Shown here: in pieces, positions 49,849 to 61,676 of the stretch | How positions within the stretch are numbered: the stretch's first letter is position 1 | Layout: every line of letters starts with the position of its first letter | NCBI GenBank assembly: GCA_013115145.1 | Contig: JAAPAO010000009.1 | Location: 97,157 to 161,156 of the forward strand | DNA: 64,000 bases | Reading direction: 5' to 3' | DNA from: Perkinsus chesapeaki ATCC PRA-425 | Lineage: Eukaryota; Protista; Perkinsozoa | Notes under the pieces: generated by a model | What the model was told of the DNA's origin: nothing | Database searches by the model: none | What the model saw: the letters and a program-made list of their open reading frames with translations, nothing else | Translations under genes and position numbers: made by a program

Positions 49849-51964
49849 ATGTCCCGTCAGTTCATTAGCCGCGCTGTCTTACCAGTATCGGCGGTTGCCT
49901 GCGGGGTGAGCTTTCTGGACTACCGTGTGTTGAGGAGGTCTCTATTGTTTCAGCTCATCGCTATCACTGATCCGAAGAATCGTCCTCGGCCGAGAGTGTG
50001 GTGCGAAGAGGACCCGAGAGACTGGATTAACCAGGAGATGAGAAGCAGGACTATGGAGGACATAACCATGGGACAATACGGGTGAGTTCGGTAGCGTAAC
50101 CGTAAATAAAAGAACCAATGTGCACTCGACTGTGTGTCTTTATACTATCTGTTCTCTTCGTATCGAATCTGACAAGAACGTGATATTCTAAGTTGATTTG
50201 CATAGCCCTCTACTCTGGGGGAACATTGGCACCCGTGTAGCTTAGTCGATTTTAATAAGTTGAGTTAGAAACATGTGCGGACCACAACTAGCTGTGACTA
50301 GTTGAATGTACGGGCTTGAGTCGTAGTACGTCTTAAGGTGTTCTCGATGGAAGGACGGGGGCGTTTAGGGTTCACTGCGAAACACCACTATCAACCTATC
50401 AGCCCGTTGATACTTCAGGAAGTGGACAAGAGCTTGGAACGCCGACTGGGACGGACGAAATCCTCGAGTAGATGCCAAGAAGGTGATCCGGAATGCCTGC
50501 TCTTCACATGCCATTTTAGTTCATTAGGAGGAAAAAGAAGGCACGGAGGGGGAGGGGGATGCGAAGGCATGGCAGTAGATGTCTGCTTTAATGTTGGAGA
50601 GTGTTGTTAGGGACCCGCAAAGAAGCAATACAAGCCAACAGTGCACCTCCTGCTCATCAGACATGGCCAGTACAATCTGGACTCGGATGAGAATGAACTG
50701 ACGGAGCTTGGAAGAGAACAAAGCAGAATAGTTGGTAGGTCTGCGTGCTTGTAGAGTCAGCGGTTACGTGGCGTCCTGCCCAGGGCAGCGGCTGAAGCAG
50801 ATGACGGATGGTACGAAGTCGGACAGGTATGGCGAGAGAAAAATCAAGTAAGCGGCTGATAGTTGGCAGTACTTCGGAGCACTTACAGTGTGGCATCCTG
50901 CTCCGCCGACAGGGCAGCGGCTACTTGTCAATTGTAGGTTCAAGAAGCTCATTTCCTCGGACGTGCTACGAGCCAAGCAGACCGCCGAGATCATCCACGA
51001 GGCAAGGAGTGAGGCGATTTGGAAGCAGCTGACGATCTTCCTGCAGGTCCTTGGTGGCGAAAAAGCTGTCCACTATGAGACTCCCGACCCTATCCTGGCT
51101 GAGGGGTGGCCATGCGTGCCGATGCCGATGTCGGAGAGAGTAAGGAAGGACCGGTGAGGCTGCTGCGGGGGAGCTGGTTTGTTAGAGCTACTCGAAGATC
51201 CGGCCTGCCCGATTACTAGAAGAGGGCAATAGATTGGAGGCTGCCTACCGGAAGTATGTGCACCGAGCACGAGATCACAAGAAGGCGCAGAAAAAGAAAT
51301 CGGCGGAGAAACAGAAGGCATCCGAGGATAAGAAAAAAGTGGCCGAAGACTACTACAAGTAGGCATATACTCAACCGATTACCATTAGCGTATTGAGTGT
51401 CTGCACTATATCGTGAGGGATATCGTAGTCGTAACAAAAGAGTTATAGATTGGGCTCATAGTTAAGGAGATAGGGCAGGGTGAGGAATAAGTAGAATATC
51501 ACTACAAATGAACTGCGAGTAAAGAAAGCTAGTAATACGGTGGTACGACAATTGTGCGATATACAGCAATTGTGGCAGTTCTATAGTGCATGTCTCCACA
51601 GGCCTGGCAAGGAGGCAGTCGGAGAGGATGGTGAGGAGGACGAGGACCTCACTAAGGGTCATGAATACTATATCGTGGTGTGTCATATGAATGTTATAAG
51701 GTGAGCGAATCGCTGGGTAAGGAGGGGCCATAGGACAGTGTTTGCCAGGTACTTTGTGTGCAGGGCTCTGCAGCTGCCACCTGAGGCCTGGCTGAGAATG
51801 GGCGGCGAAAACTGCGGTATAACTGAACTTATAGTGAGTCATCGGGCAAGGGACTTCCCGCGGACACAAATGTTCGTTGTCAGATACGCGATGATGGCGG
51901 TGTGAGTCTGGCTCGCTTTGGAGATAACGGTCACTTGACGATTGAACAAAGCACCTTTCACTGA
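49849..51964 (+). CDS. PGAM5: PGAM5-like mitochondrial protein phosphatase (histidine phosphatase fold)
   Basis: N-terminal anchor [23 protein letters not shown]; [67 protein letters not shown]. Confidence 0.88.
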
Positions 51965-52162
51965 GTGATAAGCTTTTACTGTCCACTCTTCATTACACAG
52001 CGTGTTTTTATAAGAATTGTATGGTGTTTTCTCTCCCTATCCGATTAGTAGTTTCCTGTCAAACGCAATCGTCCCAGTTGGAGGTCGAAGTAATCTGATC
52101 AGTCGTACTGGGAATCTCCGTCTACTGAGCTTGATAGTTTTTGTTACTTTTGTCGGTGTCCA

Positions 52163-52935
52163 ATGCTTCGACCGGCGGGGATCGTTCGATTGGCTGCAGC
52201 TCTCGCTCCCACCCATCTCAGCCAGGCCTCCTCTAGCGGCATTCGAATGGTCGATGTATCCTCGAAGACTCCCAACCTTCGAAAGGCAACTGCTTCGTGC
52301 AGGATAACGAACATTTCACGTGAAGTTACAGATATTATAATGGGGGAGTCCTCCAAGGGCCCGGTAGCCCTAACTGCTCAAGTGGCCGGTGTCCAAGCAG
52401 CCAAGAAGACAGCCGATCTCATCCCACTTTGTCACAATATAAGGTCAGTCTGTCTGTTTAGAGACCGATATCGGCCGTTGGCCCAGATTATCATCGAGCC
52501 GTTTACCGTGTCTTCATAAGACCTGTCAACCTCTTCAACTGAACGTATTATTCATGTTGACATTGATACTATCTCGTAGGAAATTGCGGCAGTTCTTTCC
52601 GTGTATATCGTGTTTCATGTGCATCCGTCCCATCTTGTATGCGTCGCTGCTTTAGCCGTTCGACATTGTTAATTCTGCCTTTTTTCAGGCTCGACTTCGC
52701 CGATGTACAGCTGGCTCGTGCCGTCGATGGGGAAGGCGTCTGTTTAACATCTGAAGTTGTGTGTCGGGATGCTACTGGTGTCGAGATGGAGGCTTTGACT
52801 GCTGTTACTGTGGCGGCCTTGACGGTTTACGATATGGTCAAGAGCGTGTGCAAGGAGGCTGTCATCACGGACATCCGTCTTGACGCTAAAAGCGGCGGAA
52901 AAAGTGGCGATTTCAAGCGACAAGGGAGTTTGTAA
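52163..52935 (+). CDS. moaC: Cyclic pyranopterin monophosphate synthase MoaC (molybdenum cofactor synthesis)
   Basis: [66 protein letters not shown]; one intron of about 250 nt. Confidence 0.93.
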
Positions 52936-53551
52936 AGTATATCAGATTTCTCACGCATTTCGATCTCTTGTGTTCATCTCATTCACTGCTGAGTTGATAC
53001 AGATCATCAAATACCATACGACAAGGCAAAACAGATGTATTGTTGTTAGACAGGCACTCAATAGTAGCAGTTCTGATCGATTGCCCGACGTCGGAGCCTG
53101 AGAGCTAATCTCCTGTTAGACCGACAGTGCAATCAGTATTGGTGCTTACAACATGTACACACGATGTTGATAGATGTTGTCCAAGCAGACTGTCTGGGAA
53201 GTGACCGGGAGTGCGTGGCTATGCGAAAGTAACTTCGCCTGTGACCGACACTTGCTTGAACGAATGACAATTTACTGGGAACTAAAAGGACATCATTCTT
53301 GCCAGGGAAACTCGTTCTGATAAGATGTTTCGAGGAAAAATTGATGGCGAGTCGAGGCAGGAAGCCCCACTCTTCCATCACTACCCAAGTCAAAGAGTAT
53401 CAGTGCAGCTCCTACAGGCATACGTAAAGCTAAAGACCAATCTGGATGCGAAGCCAGATTGATGTTGAGAAGCAAGTCTATACACATCACGTCCAGCAAA
53501 AGGACGACGTATCAATACTGCTCCAGAAAATAGAGATCGTACACCAGTGAA

Positions 53552-55153
53552 TTAGCATCCTGGTGTACGATAGTAGAATGAGTCCTTAGTCACTCTAGAT
53601 TCACAGTGCTCGCCCATATGATCATAAACTGTTTTCTGCCCCATTCTCAGAACATAAGGCTCGCTCAAGTTGAGAGTATATCTACCAGATAGCTGGATAG
53701 CTCTCGAGCCGTCAAATATGTCAAGAGAATAAGTTTCAAATGGGGTGAATTCCGAGCAACGCAGAGTCTTGTCACCAAGGGCCCCGCCAGCACGGAGCAT
53801 CTCGCACGTCAGGGAGCTACAAACTCGAGCTGGACCTTTAGCCTTCTTCCCAAACCGATGAGTATCATAAAGCCAGTGATCTTCTTCGGGCATTGTTGCC
53901 AACACCGCGGCACCACCTTCGATCTTCTTGTCGGCTATCTTGACTATCTGACTCATGTTCAACTTCTCGGTGGTGTTCAAGCGATGACGGAATCCCTGCA
54001 GGACATACTTCTCAGCTAAGGGCTTGGTCAACTTGTGCCTGTCTAAGAAGCCGAGGAATACCTCGGCAGCTTGCCATGTGAAACAAGTTTCGAAGTTATC
54101 AAGAGGAAGACAAGGATAGTTGCCCTCTTTAGTGTCGAGCCAAGCAAAAAAGAAGTTCTCCCATCCATACTCGTAACCTTCGAAAGTGTCGGCGAACAGA
54201 TGCCACGCTTTTTTAGCGTTGAACACTTTACTGTGCTCCTCTTTCAATGGTAAATAAACCATGTTATGATACTTATCAGCGTATTGCTTGATGTACTCGG
54301 TATAAAGAACCTTCCTTACTCTCGTGGGGCCAAAGCTCTCTATCACGTACGGTTCACCAGTCTCAGGCTCTCTAACTATAATCACCACGTGGTCAATGAG
54401 CGATCCACTATTCCAGGCGATCATGCTTGCCTTCCCTTCTTCACGGAGGAGTACGAGGATGTCTCCGCTTGCCACCTCAGTGGGAGATGGGATGTGCTCG
54501 GTGGCTGAGGGATGGCGCTTGTTCAGTGAAATCCCCGCGAATCTCGAAAGGTACCCCATGGTGTATCGTCTTGACTTGAGGTAGGTTACAGTGGAAGCCA
54601 CGGAACGGATAGCTCTACTAAGAGGCACTCTTAAACCAAAAGCATAGACCTTCTCTTCTGCAGCATTGCGTCCCCCTAAGCGCCATTTGAGAGACTTACG
54701 ACCCGTTTTGAGATAGGTCTTCGATACCACCTTGTCGACATTGCCGAAGAGTAGAGTCTCCGTGCAAAACAATGAGACGGGTTTGGCAAGGTCCAGGGTA
54801 ATAATGAACCCATTCTCATCAATCTGTGAGCTAATAGAGATTTCCTTGAAGCACAGACCTTCAAATCTCTCGTACTTGTTATTACCAAGTAGGGTGGTGA
54901 AATAGCGCGGCACGAAGCTAAAATAGATATCAAAAGATGTGTCATTGGACACAGGAGGTCGGTCTTCAATACCATCATCACCCCCCTCAAGAAGCCTTGG
55001 CTCGGAGGCTTGGTGAAGGCCAAGAACAGACAGGGCTAAGCCCCCCAAGGCTTTCATCAGGGCAGGCTCCGACTCCTCTTCTTGAACGCCCAAGACGTGC
55101 GGAAGGCAGCCGAGGGTTGTGATTCCAACGTAGAGCCAGGCGAAGAGAATCAT
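53552..55153 (-). CDS. Secreted permuted NlpC/P60 (YiiX/YaeF-like) papain-fold protein, intronless
   Basis: Signal peptide; GDILVLL..SGSLIDHVVI..YVIES, later EGYEYGWENFFFAWLDTKEGNYP and VCSSLTCEMLRAGG (His before Cys). Confidence 0.7.
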   Translation of the reverse strand: MILFAWLYVGITTLGCLPHVLGVQEEESEPALMKALGGLALSVLGLHQASEPRLLEGGDDGIEDRPPVSNDTSFDIYFSFVPRYFTTLLGNNKYERFEGLCFKEISISSQIDENGFIITLDLAKPVSLFCTETLLFGNVDKVVSKTYLKTGRKSLKWRLGGRNAAEEKVYAFGLRVPLSRAIRSVASTVTYLKSRRYTMGYLSRFAGISLNKRHPSATEHIPSPTEVASGDILVLLREEGKASMIAWNSGSLIDHVVIIVREPETGEPYVIESFGPTRVRKVLYTEYIKQYADKYHNMVYLPLKEEHSKVFNAKKAWHLFADTFEGYEYGWENFFFAWLDTKEGNYPCLPLDNFETCFTWQAAEVFLGFLDRHKLTKPLAEKYVLQGFRHRLNTTEKLNMSQIVKIADKKIEGGAAVLATMPEEDHWLYDTHRFGKKAKGPARVCSSLTCEMLRAGGALGDKTLRCSEFTPFETYSLDIFDGSRAIQLSGRYTLNLSEPYVLRMGQKTVYDHMGEHCESRVTKDSFYYRTPGC

Positions 55154-55691
55154 AGGGCTCGAGGTCTAAGCGAAAAAGCAGCAGAACTAGACTACTGGGG
55201 AGCAAAAACGGCGTCATGCACGCAAAGCACGTGACGCCTTCGGCGCGATTTAATGTGTGGATTTCACACTGTTGAGGCTAACAAAAGGAGCTGATAGTAC
55301 ATTCGATTTGTAAACTACGCGTCGGATCGGCGACTAAACAAAATGAAGGTTCATCCGCAATGCTCTGTTTTCCACTGCTTTGCTGCTTTGTGCGCTTCCT
55401 TGCACTTTTAGCTGCTTATAGCTATACTTTTCCTTGTACTTTTGTTGCCTTCCTTAACACAGGTCGATGTCGCCGCCGGTATGTGGAGCCCGACGGTTCA
55501 ACCGTTCTCGTCTAATATCCTTACTGTCGGTTTCATAACCAGAAGCAGCGAGCAACACGTCGATACTACCATTTCTTTCGCACGATTTTGGGCGAGCGCG
55601 GCTTTGCTGTGGTTATCAGCGCGGTTTGTTGCTCTTGCTTTTGAGGTCGTTGACTTGACTTGACTTGATTGGACAGGTATTTTTTTCTATA

Positions 55692-58010
55692 ATGGTAGTC
55701 GGCCCATTTGTAAACCTCCAGCAGCCTTTCGAAGGTAACCAACCTTCTCCCCTACCCCGCCCTCACGATAATAGTTCCTCGTAGGTCCAAGGCTGCGCTC
55801 TCTTTCGCCCTTCTCTGTGGACCTACAACGTTACGCAATCCACAAAGAAGTCAAGCCGAGCCAATTAAATGCAGCTCCTCCCCCTCGAGTACACTGCTCT
55901 ATGGCTTCATGACCAGACAGTTGCCAACTTCAGGCCGCCAGTCGAGGACCCTCTCCTCATCCTTTATCGCATGGTAGCTTGCAACCAACCGCCCCACAGG
56001 TACCCGTAACGGCGCCCCCACCGATCTCTGTGTCCCGGACGGTAGCGCGAAGCCATTTGGCAGAAGCACTAACCTGCTGGTCAGGGCCCGGCGACTTTAA
56101 TTAGAGACTACTCGCCATCTAACGCAAGCAGCTGTTCCCAGCCCCGGGCGCTTCACACGCCACGAAATGGTAAGCTGGGAACCCTCCTCCCAATGGTCAT
56201 TAAACCAATTCTGAGATTCAGAATCGATTCCAGCATCTCATTTGACGTGTAAAAGCAGTTCTGGAATCGATTCTGAATTTCAAAATCGGTTTATTGAACG
56301 ATCCCTCTTTCTGCTTGATTCGCTCACTACAGTCTTCGCTCCACCATCGATAACCCCTCTACGACAAGCAGTCAGCTCTCCATGGCAGCGGGATATCGGC
56401 CAGGTATCCTTGGGTCAAACGCAGGCTACTATGATGAAACAGGTATCATACTTCCCTCCCCGACATTTCCTCGTCCCGGCGTTGCCGCTGAGCTCGAGTA
56501 GCGTCGTCCGATCTTGCTCATCTGGGCCGGTGACTCCGCAAAGGCAGCAAGGGGCGGATATTATAAGGTGCGCTCCTCGCATCTGTCTTGGGCTGCTCGC
56601 AGGGCATCAGATTCTCATCGGTGCCACCGAGCCTCAAGTCTTACGGCAAGCCACCGTTGCCGGTTACAGTAACGCCCAGGAATGACCATGGGCCGGTCTC
56701 GCCGCGATTGGGCCCGGTGGTTGCGAGGGGGTGAGTCTAGCCCGGTCCGCTGGCTACGCAAGGGCTACTCAGCCGTCCACCGCCGGCCAGTGCTTCCGCG
56801 AAGAAGAGCATTCGTCCTGCAGCGGTTGGAGCAGGCAATCAGGAGACTTCATCAACGCTTATGGGACCCTCCTGGACTTCAGGCCCTGGAAGGTGTACAC
56901 CGGGCACTCCTAGAGCCGGCATAAGGACGCCCGAGAGGAAGAGGACTGGCTCCGGCGTGGAGGCCAAGCGGGCTGTAGGGACGCCTAAGCAGCAGTTTCG
57001 GCATTTGACCAAGGGGGATGCTAAGCTCACTAGACAGCCCAGTCGCCCTGGCGAGGCTGATCCTGGTAGTAGCATAAATGCAAGGGGAATGCAAGATGCG
57101 GTCATCAGAGCTACCAAGGACACCGCGTCTGGGGCGGAACTACAGGGCGAGCAGGATCCAGAGGTCCTGGAAGTTATGGAGGTTCCGCAGGGCATTTGAA
57201 CGCTACAGTAGGAGAGGAGGTTTCTGCGGTGGAGAGAGCTGTGGGCGGCAGGCATCGACTATGTTGGATATTTGGCCTCACTGAACTGGCTGAGGAAGCA
57301 CAACATGCTTTATGGCATCGAATTGGCCGACTCCACTGATACCAAGTATCCGTAGACAGACCAGCTTGGACCGGATCCCGATCGGCAGGCACTGGTATGC
57401 AATGCACGGCGCAGCCCTACAGGATAGGGACGTTGACCCCTGGGGACATGAGCGGCTTCGAGAGCACCTGGATCGGATATGGAGCAGGGAGTTGGAGGCT
57501 AGGAAAAGGGCTGCTTGCCCGATAAGGCAACTGCAGTCTCCTATGGTAACTCGCATGAAGACCACACCGGTGCGGAAGCCGTGCGGCGGGAATGTAACGA
57601 TTGTTGAGGAAGGAGTGGTCTCTAGGCTCGTAGTGGTAGGCGGCTCGACCGATGGTGATGGTCGGTAAGGCTCAGTTGTCACCTACACGACAGCAGCTAT
57701 CTAGAGTGGCCCACTCTCTGCCCCCTGCAGCTTTACGTGGCCAAGAGCAGCAGCTGCCGCCCAAGTGGTAGGATGCAGCTGATGGCACGGTATGCGTATG
57801 CTAGGTCCGTCCCAGTCCAGGAGGGCCGACCGCTGTTTATGCAAGCGCAGATGGCGATGCCGCGGTTCGAACTTGGGACCAATTTCAGCTTCCCTCATAT
57901 TACGACCATGCTTCCTCGTATGACGGGCGCTCCTCCTCCTCCTCCTCCTCCAATAGCGAGTGCAGTTAGTGGAGGGCCCGCCGTGGCCGAGGGTGCCCGC
58001 TTAAGGTAAA
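55692..58010 (+). CDS. Pro/Ser-rich hypothetical spliced gene(s)
   Basis: Several in-phase short exons (GPRLRSLSPFSVDLQRY.., GPATLIRDYSPS.., VFAPPSITPLRQ..); gene number unclear. Confidence 0.25.
56197..56297. repeat. Intronic inverted repeat, 37-bp arms (33/37 match), 27-nt loop
   Basis: 56197-56233 is the reverse complement of 56261-56297; the inner 18 bp are perfect; lies in putative intron 56170-56332. Confidence 0.85.
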
Positions 58011-58252
58011 GCGCTGTTCACTTCGGAGGCTGTCTCTTCGGAGCTCAGGTCTGTCTCTCTGAACCCTTCATCGCTCCTCTATCCGATGCCGCAGATGGCC
58101 CCTCGACTTGCTCAACCCCCGCTCCTTATGAACCAGGTGGCTGGCCGACTGCTAGTAGGCTCTCTTGGACCTGCGCTATCTCAGGCATTCAACTTGAAGC
58201 CCGTAGAGTTTACCGCCTGCGCCTTTCGTCCACCCTGGTTGGGCACACGGCA

Positions 58253-61200
58253 ATGGGCGGCGTGAATTTGACTGTAAAGTATATCGTGGATCAATCGATG
58301 ACTGTTGATTCCACGACACTAATGTTGCATGGTTTCGACCGCGCTGTGAAGGCTACTAGAAGTGTTGGGTTGGGACGAGTGTGGGGTACCTGGCTTTTAG
58401 GAGTTAGCATTATCTATGGTAGCTGTAGCAAAGAACGCCCCGAATCTCCGTATCCAGCCGGCGTGGATACAACATGATAAGCAGGTATCTATCTCCACGC
58501 ATGCAAGATTCATGTGAGCTCGATTTGGAAACCTACGGTGATCAGGTGCTCCGATATTACGCTTATTTCCAGGAGCCGGTGGTGGAATCACCAACAGAGA
58601 ATTTCAGGATTAGAAAGTAGCAGGTCGTATGCCGATGAGAATTGAGCGGCGATTGTTAGGTGCACCATTCTCTACTACTTGGAGGACGGCTCACTGCAGA
58701 TCTCCGAACCTAAGATCATCAACAGTGGAATGCAACAGGTAGGAGCGGCGGACAAAAAAAGGAATGCAGTGTTAAAATCGTTATGGTCGCTTATAGAAGA
58801 AAGTGACTTGCTCGAACTCGCCGCCTCTTGGCGATAAAAAGCGTATTTCCTGAGGACATTCCAGGGCACAGCTATGAAAGCGAATATTCCAACACTCAGT
58901 TGTCCCGCCTAGTTTCCGCGCGCGGAATCCACGCCGTGGATGAGCGGCTTCACTTCACTCGCCTCGCAGAAGGGAAGCTCGCGGGACTTGTCTTTCCGTG
59001 TGCTGCTGTCTGGTCTTCTCATTGAGAAGTTCTCAGGGATCCTTCTTGAAGCGCCACAGAGTTGAGCATCCAGACGGCGGCGGCTACTACGGCCCGGAGA
59101 ACCTCCGGTGTGGTATTACTATTACTGTGTACGGCAGAGTGTTCAAGGTCACTGGGTGTGATAAGTTCACCAAGGACTTCTATAGTCAACACGGATTGGA
59201 TATAGGTAGTCCAATGTTGGGTGAAAAGGCATCGGGGATGGGCGCCTGTAGGGGAGGAGTGTGAGACTCCAGTAGACCAGTATACAGCGGGAAAGTGCAA
59301 GTCAGCAGAGGAGGCTCAGAAGCCGATACCAGAGGCAGTCCGCGAACAGAAAGTGTAGGAGAGCATCGTGATTGGGGTGAAGGATGGATGAATCTCAGAT
59401 ACAATGAGATGATTTTGGGCGGAGGCCGAACTAACCCTAAGATGAAACAGTATCTCGAGAATGACAGGAAGGTTTTGAGGTTCTACGCCTACTGGGATGA
59501 TAAAACACGGTAATCTTGGGCACTCGGCCAGCCTAGTGGCAATGTGAGCGTTGGGAGTGCTGGCTTTAGAGCTCGAGGCTTTGTGCTGGAGCTATTGACT
59601 AGCACTTCCTGAGTAGAGACTATTGGCCGTAGAGTACAGAAATTAAAGGGAGTTGGGGTATTTTGCCATAAAAGATAGTGATGCCCATACGTTGTCGATA
59701 GGGCGGAGATTGATGGTGAAATCGGAGGGGGGAGGTCGAAAGCTTGCGCCGTGGAAAGGAGAGTATTAGATACGGCACGAGACAGTACTACACCATCCAC
59801 TTCTTTCTGGTTGATGATACTTTGGAGATCCTCGAGACCCACACTAGGAACTCTGGCCGGGATCGCTATCCAACCTTCTATAAGAGAGCCCCTCTTCTCA
59901 AGAAGCCTATACCGGTACTGTTAGAGAGAGCTCCTCTGGACGATACTGGTGGCAGGTGCACACACCTGGCATGTTTGTTGATGAGATGCAGGAGGCTTAT
60001 GATGAGACCGGAGGGAAGATGCAGTAAGGCCGGAGTTGTTGAGGAGCGGAAGTGGAGCTCGCTGGGTTGGGAGCAGGTACAGCCCTTATGACCTGTCGAC
60101 AGGGGCAAGCCTGTCCGTATACGGTAGAGACTTCTTCATTTACGACTGTGATTCGGGGACAAGGGAGTTCTATAAGAAGTAATAAAGTGCTCAGCCCTGC
60201 TAGTGAGGGTCATTTTATTAGGTTCAACGGGAATCCACAGGAGGCAGTGGAGCTGGACGTGGAGCCACCGACGCACTACGAGCTCACTAAGCCGCCTCAT
60301 ATCGGCATAGGCTTGGAGGAGGACTCTATGTGAGACGGGCTGCTGAGGCTGAGGCTGGATGGCTTTTAGTGGCTCCTGCTATTCCCTGCGCCCGAAGCCA
60401 CCGAGGCAGGATATGGTGAAGAAGATGCTGAACTCGGGGAGGATACTTCGCTTCGAGGCACGGATGGCCAACAACCAGCCAGAGGACGAGAACCGACGGT
60501 AGGAAGATTGGATAATAATTGGGGTTCTTGCGCCGGGATCTAAGGATGTAATTGTTTGCTGAGTTTGCGTATATGTTACTTGCATTATCTTTGTATCCCC
60601 TGCAATAGAAGTAATACTCCACATTCTTATTATTATATAGTAGAGTGGTTAAGACCGAAGTGTTATATTCTTTCCAGTAGGTTGCGATTCGTGCCTCAAC
60701 CTCAGGTTCATCATCGGAGTCTACCTGGCTGACGATCAAGTTGCGGTGTGGGAGATGAAATGCCGCAACTCTGGCCAAACTGAAGGGAAGTTCTCCGAGA
60801 AGTCTAGGAAGAGGAATCCTGCCACTGGGAAATGGTCGGACCTCTGCGGCTTGCCAGACTCACCAGTGGCCACCAGGTTCTCACCGTCGGAGTTTTACGT
60901 TGGCGCCACAGTCACGATAGTGGCAGTTCCCTTTTATATAGTCAGAGCCGACGAGTACAGTCTGAAGTAAGACTCGGGGGAGTGTTTCGTCGCCGAAGTT
61001 TGCTCCTGATTTGCCTTTAAGTGTGAACTATAAATGATGTTCTGGTTGGACCATACCCCAACCTATCCTCCATTCAGCGCTAATATGAGTTTATTAAGTA
61101 GTTAATCGTGGCTCTTTGAGGAAGTTTGTGAGATAACCTCCTCTCGGGAGGGGTACTTCTCTCTTAGTCGTTATTGCTCCACTCAGAATGTAGCATTATA

Positions 61201-61676
61201 CTGTAGAAGTAACCTCCTCTTTGTTCGCCTCTGTATTCCATACTTATTTCCAAGGTACATGGAGCAGCAAGGGTCAGCAGCTGGTTTCCACTACAGTGAC
61301 ATGAGCACAATTGCTAAGAAGTTGGCCCCTTTGGAGTGAGTCATCAATCGTCACAATGCTCCACCGTATCCTTCAAGGTCCTGCCCGGAATTCGTCTCTC
61401 GTGAGAGCATCGACCCCGATCAGTTCAACGAGATCGTGGCCAAGTGCACGGGTGAAAGGCTCGTTGACCAAGAAGTCATATCGGGTACCTCCGCGGCGGA
61501 GTCTTCGTCCACGGGAGCCCTTGCTACCCTCAGTTATTCGTTCGTGTGGAGATCTCTCCTCGGAGCCATGTGAAATTGAAGTGCCCAAAGTGGTGGAGGC
61601 GATACAGCAGCAAGGTAGAGTGGATGAATGCTTTTTCGGTATTTTCACCATCACGCAATTCTCAGCCAATCGATAG
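58253..61676 (+). CDS. EFHC1/EFHC2 (Rib72) axonemal protein with three DM10 domains
   Basis: PAWIQHDKQVLRYYAYFQE..YYLEDGSLQISEP..NSGMQQGSFLKRH; ENDRKVLRFYAYWDD..FFLVDDTLEI; ILRFEARM..RRFIIGVYLADDQVAVWE..NSG. Confidence 0.88.

Noticed and set aside
49040-52935. Three consecutive genes for probably mitochondrial proteins (mL49, PGAM5, MoaC)
   Set aside because: No shared pathway, and mitochondrial genes are common in this window, so chance is a sufficient explanation
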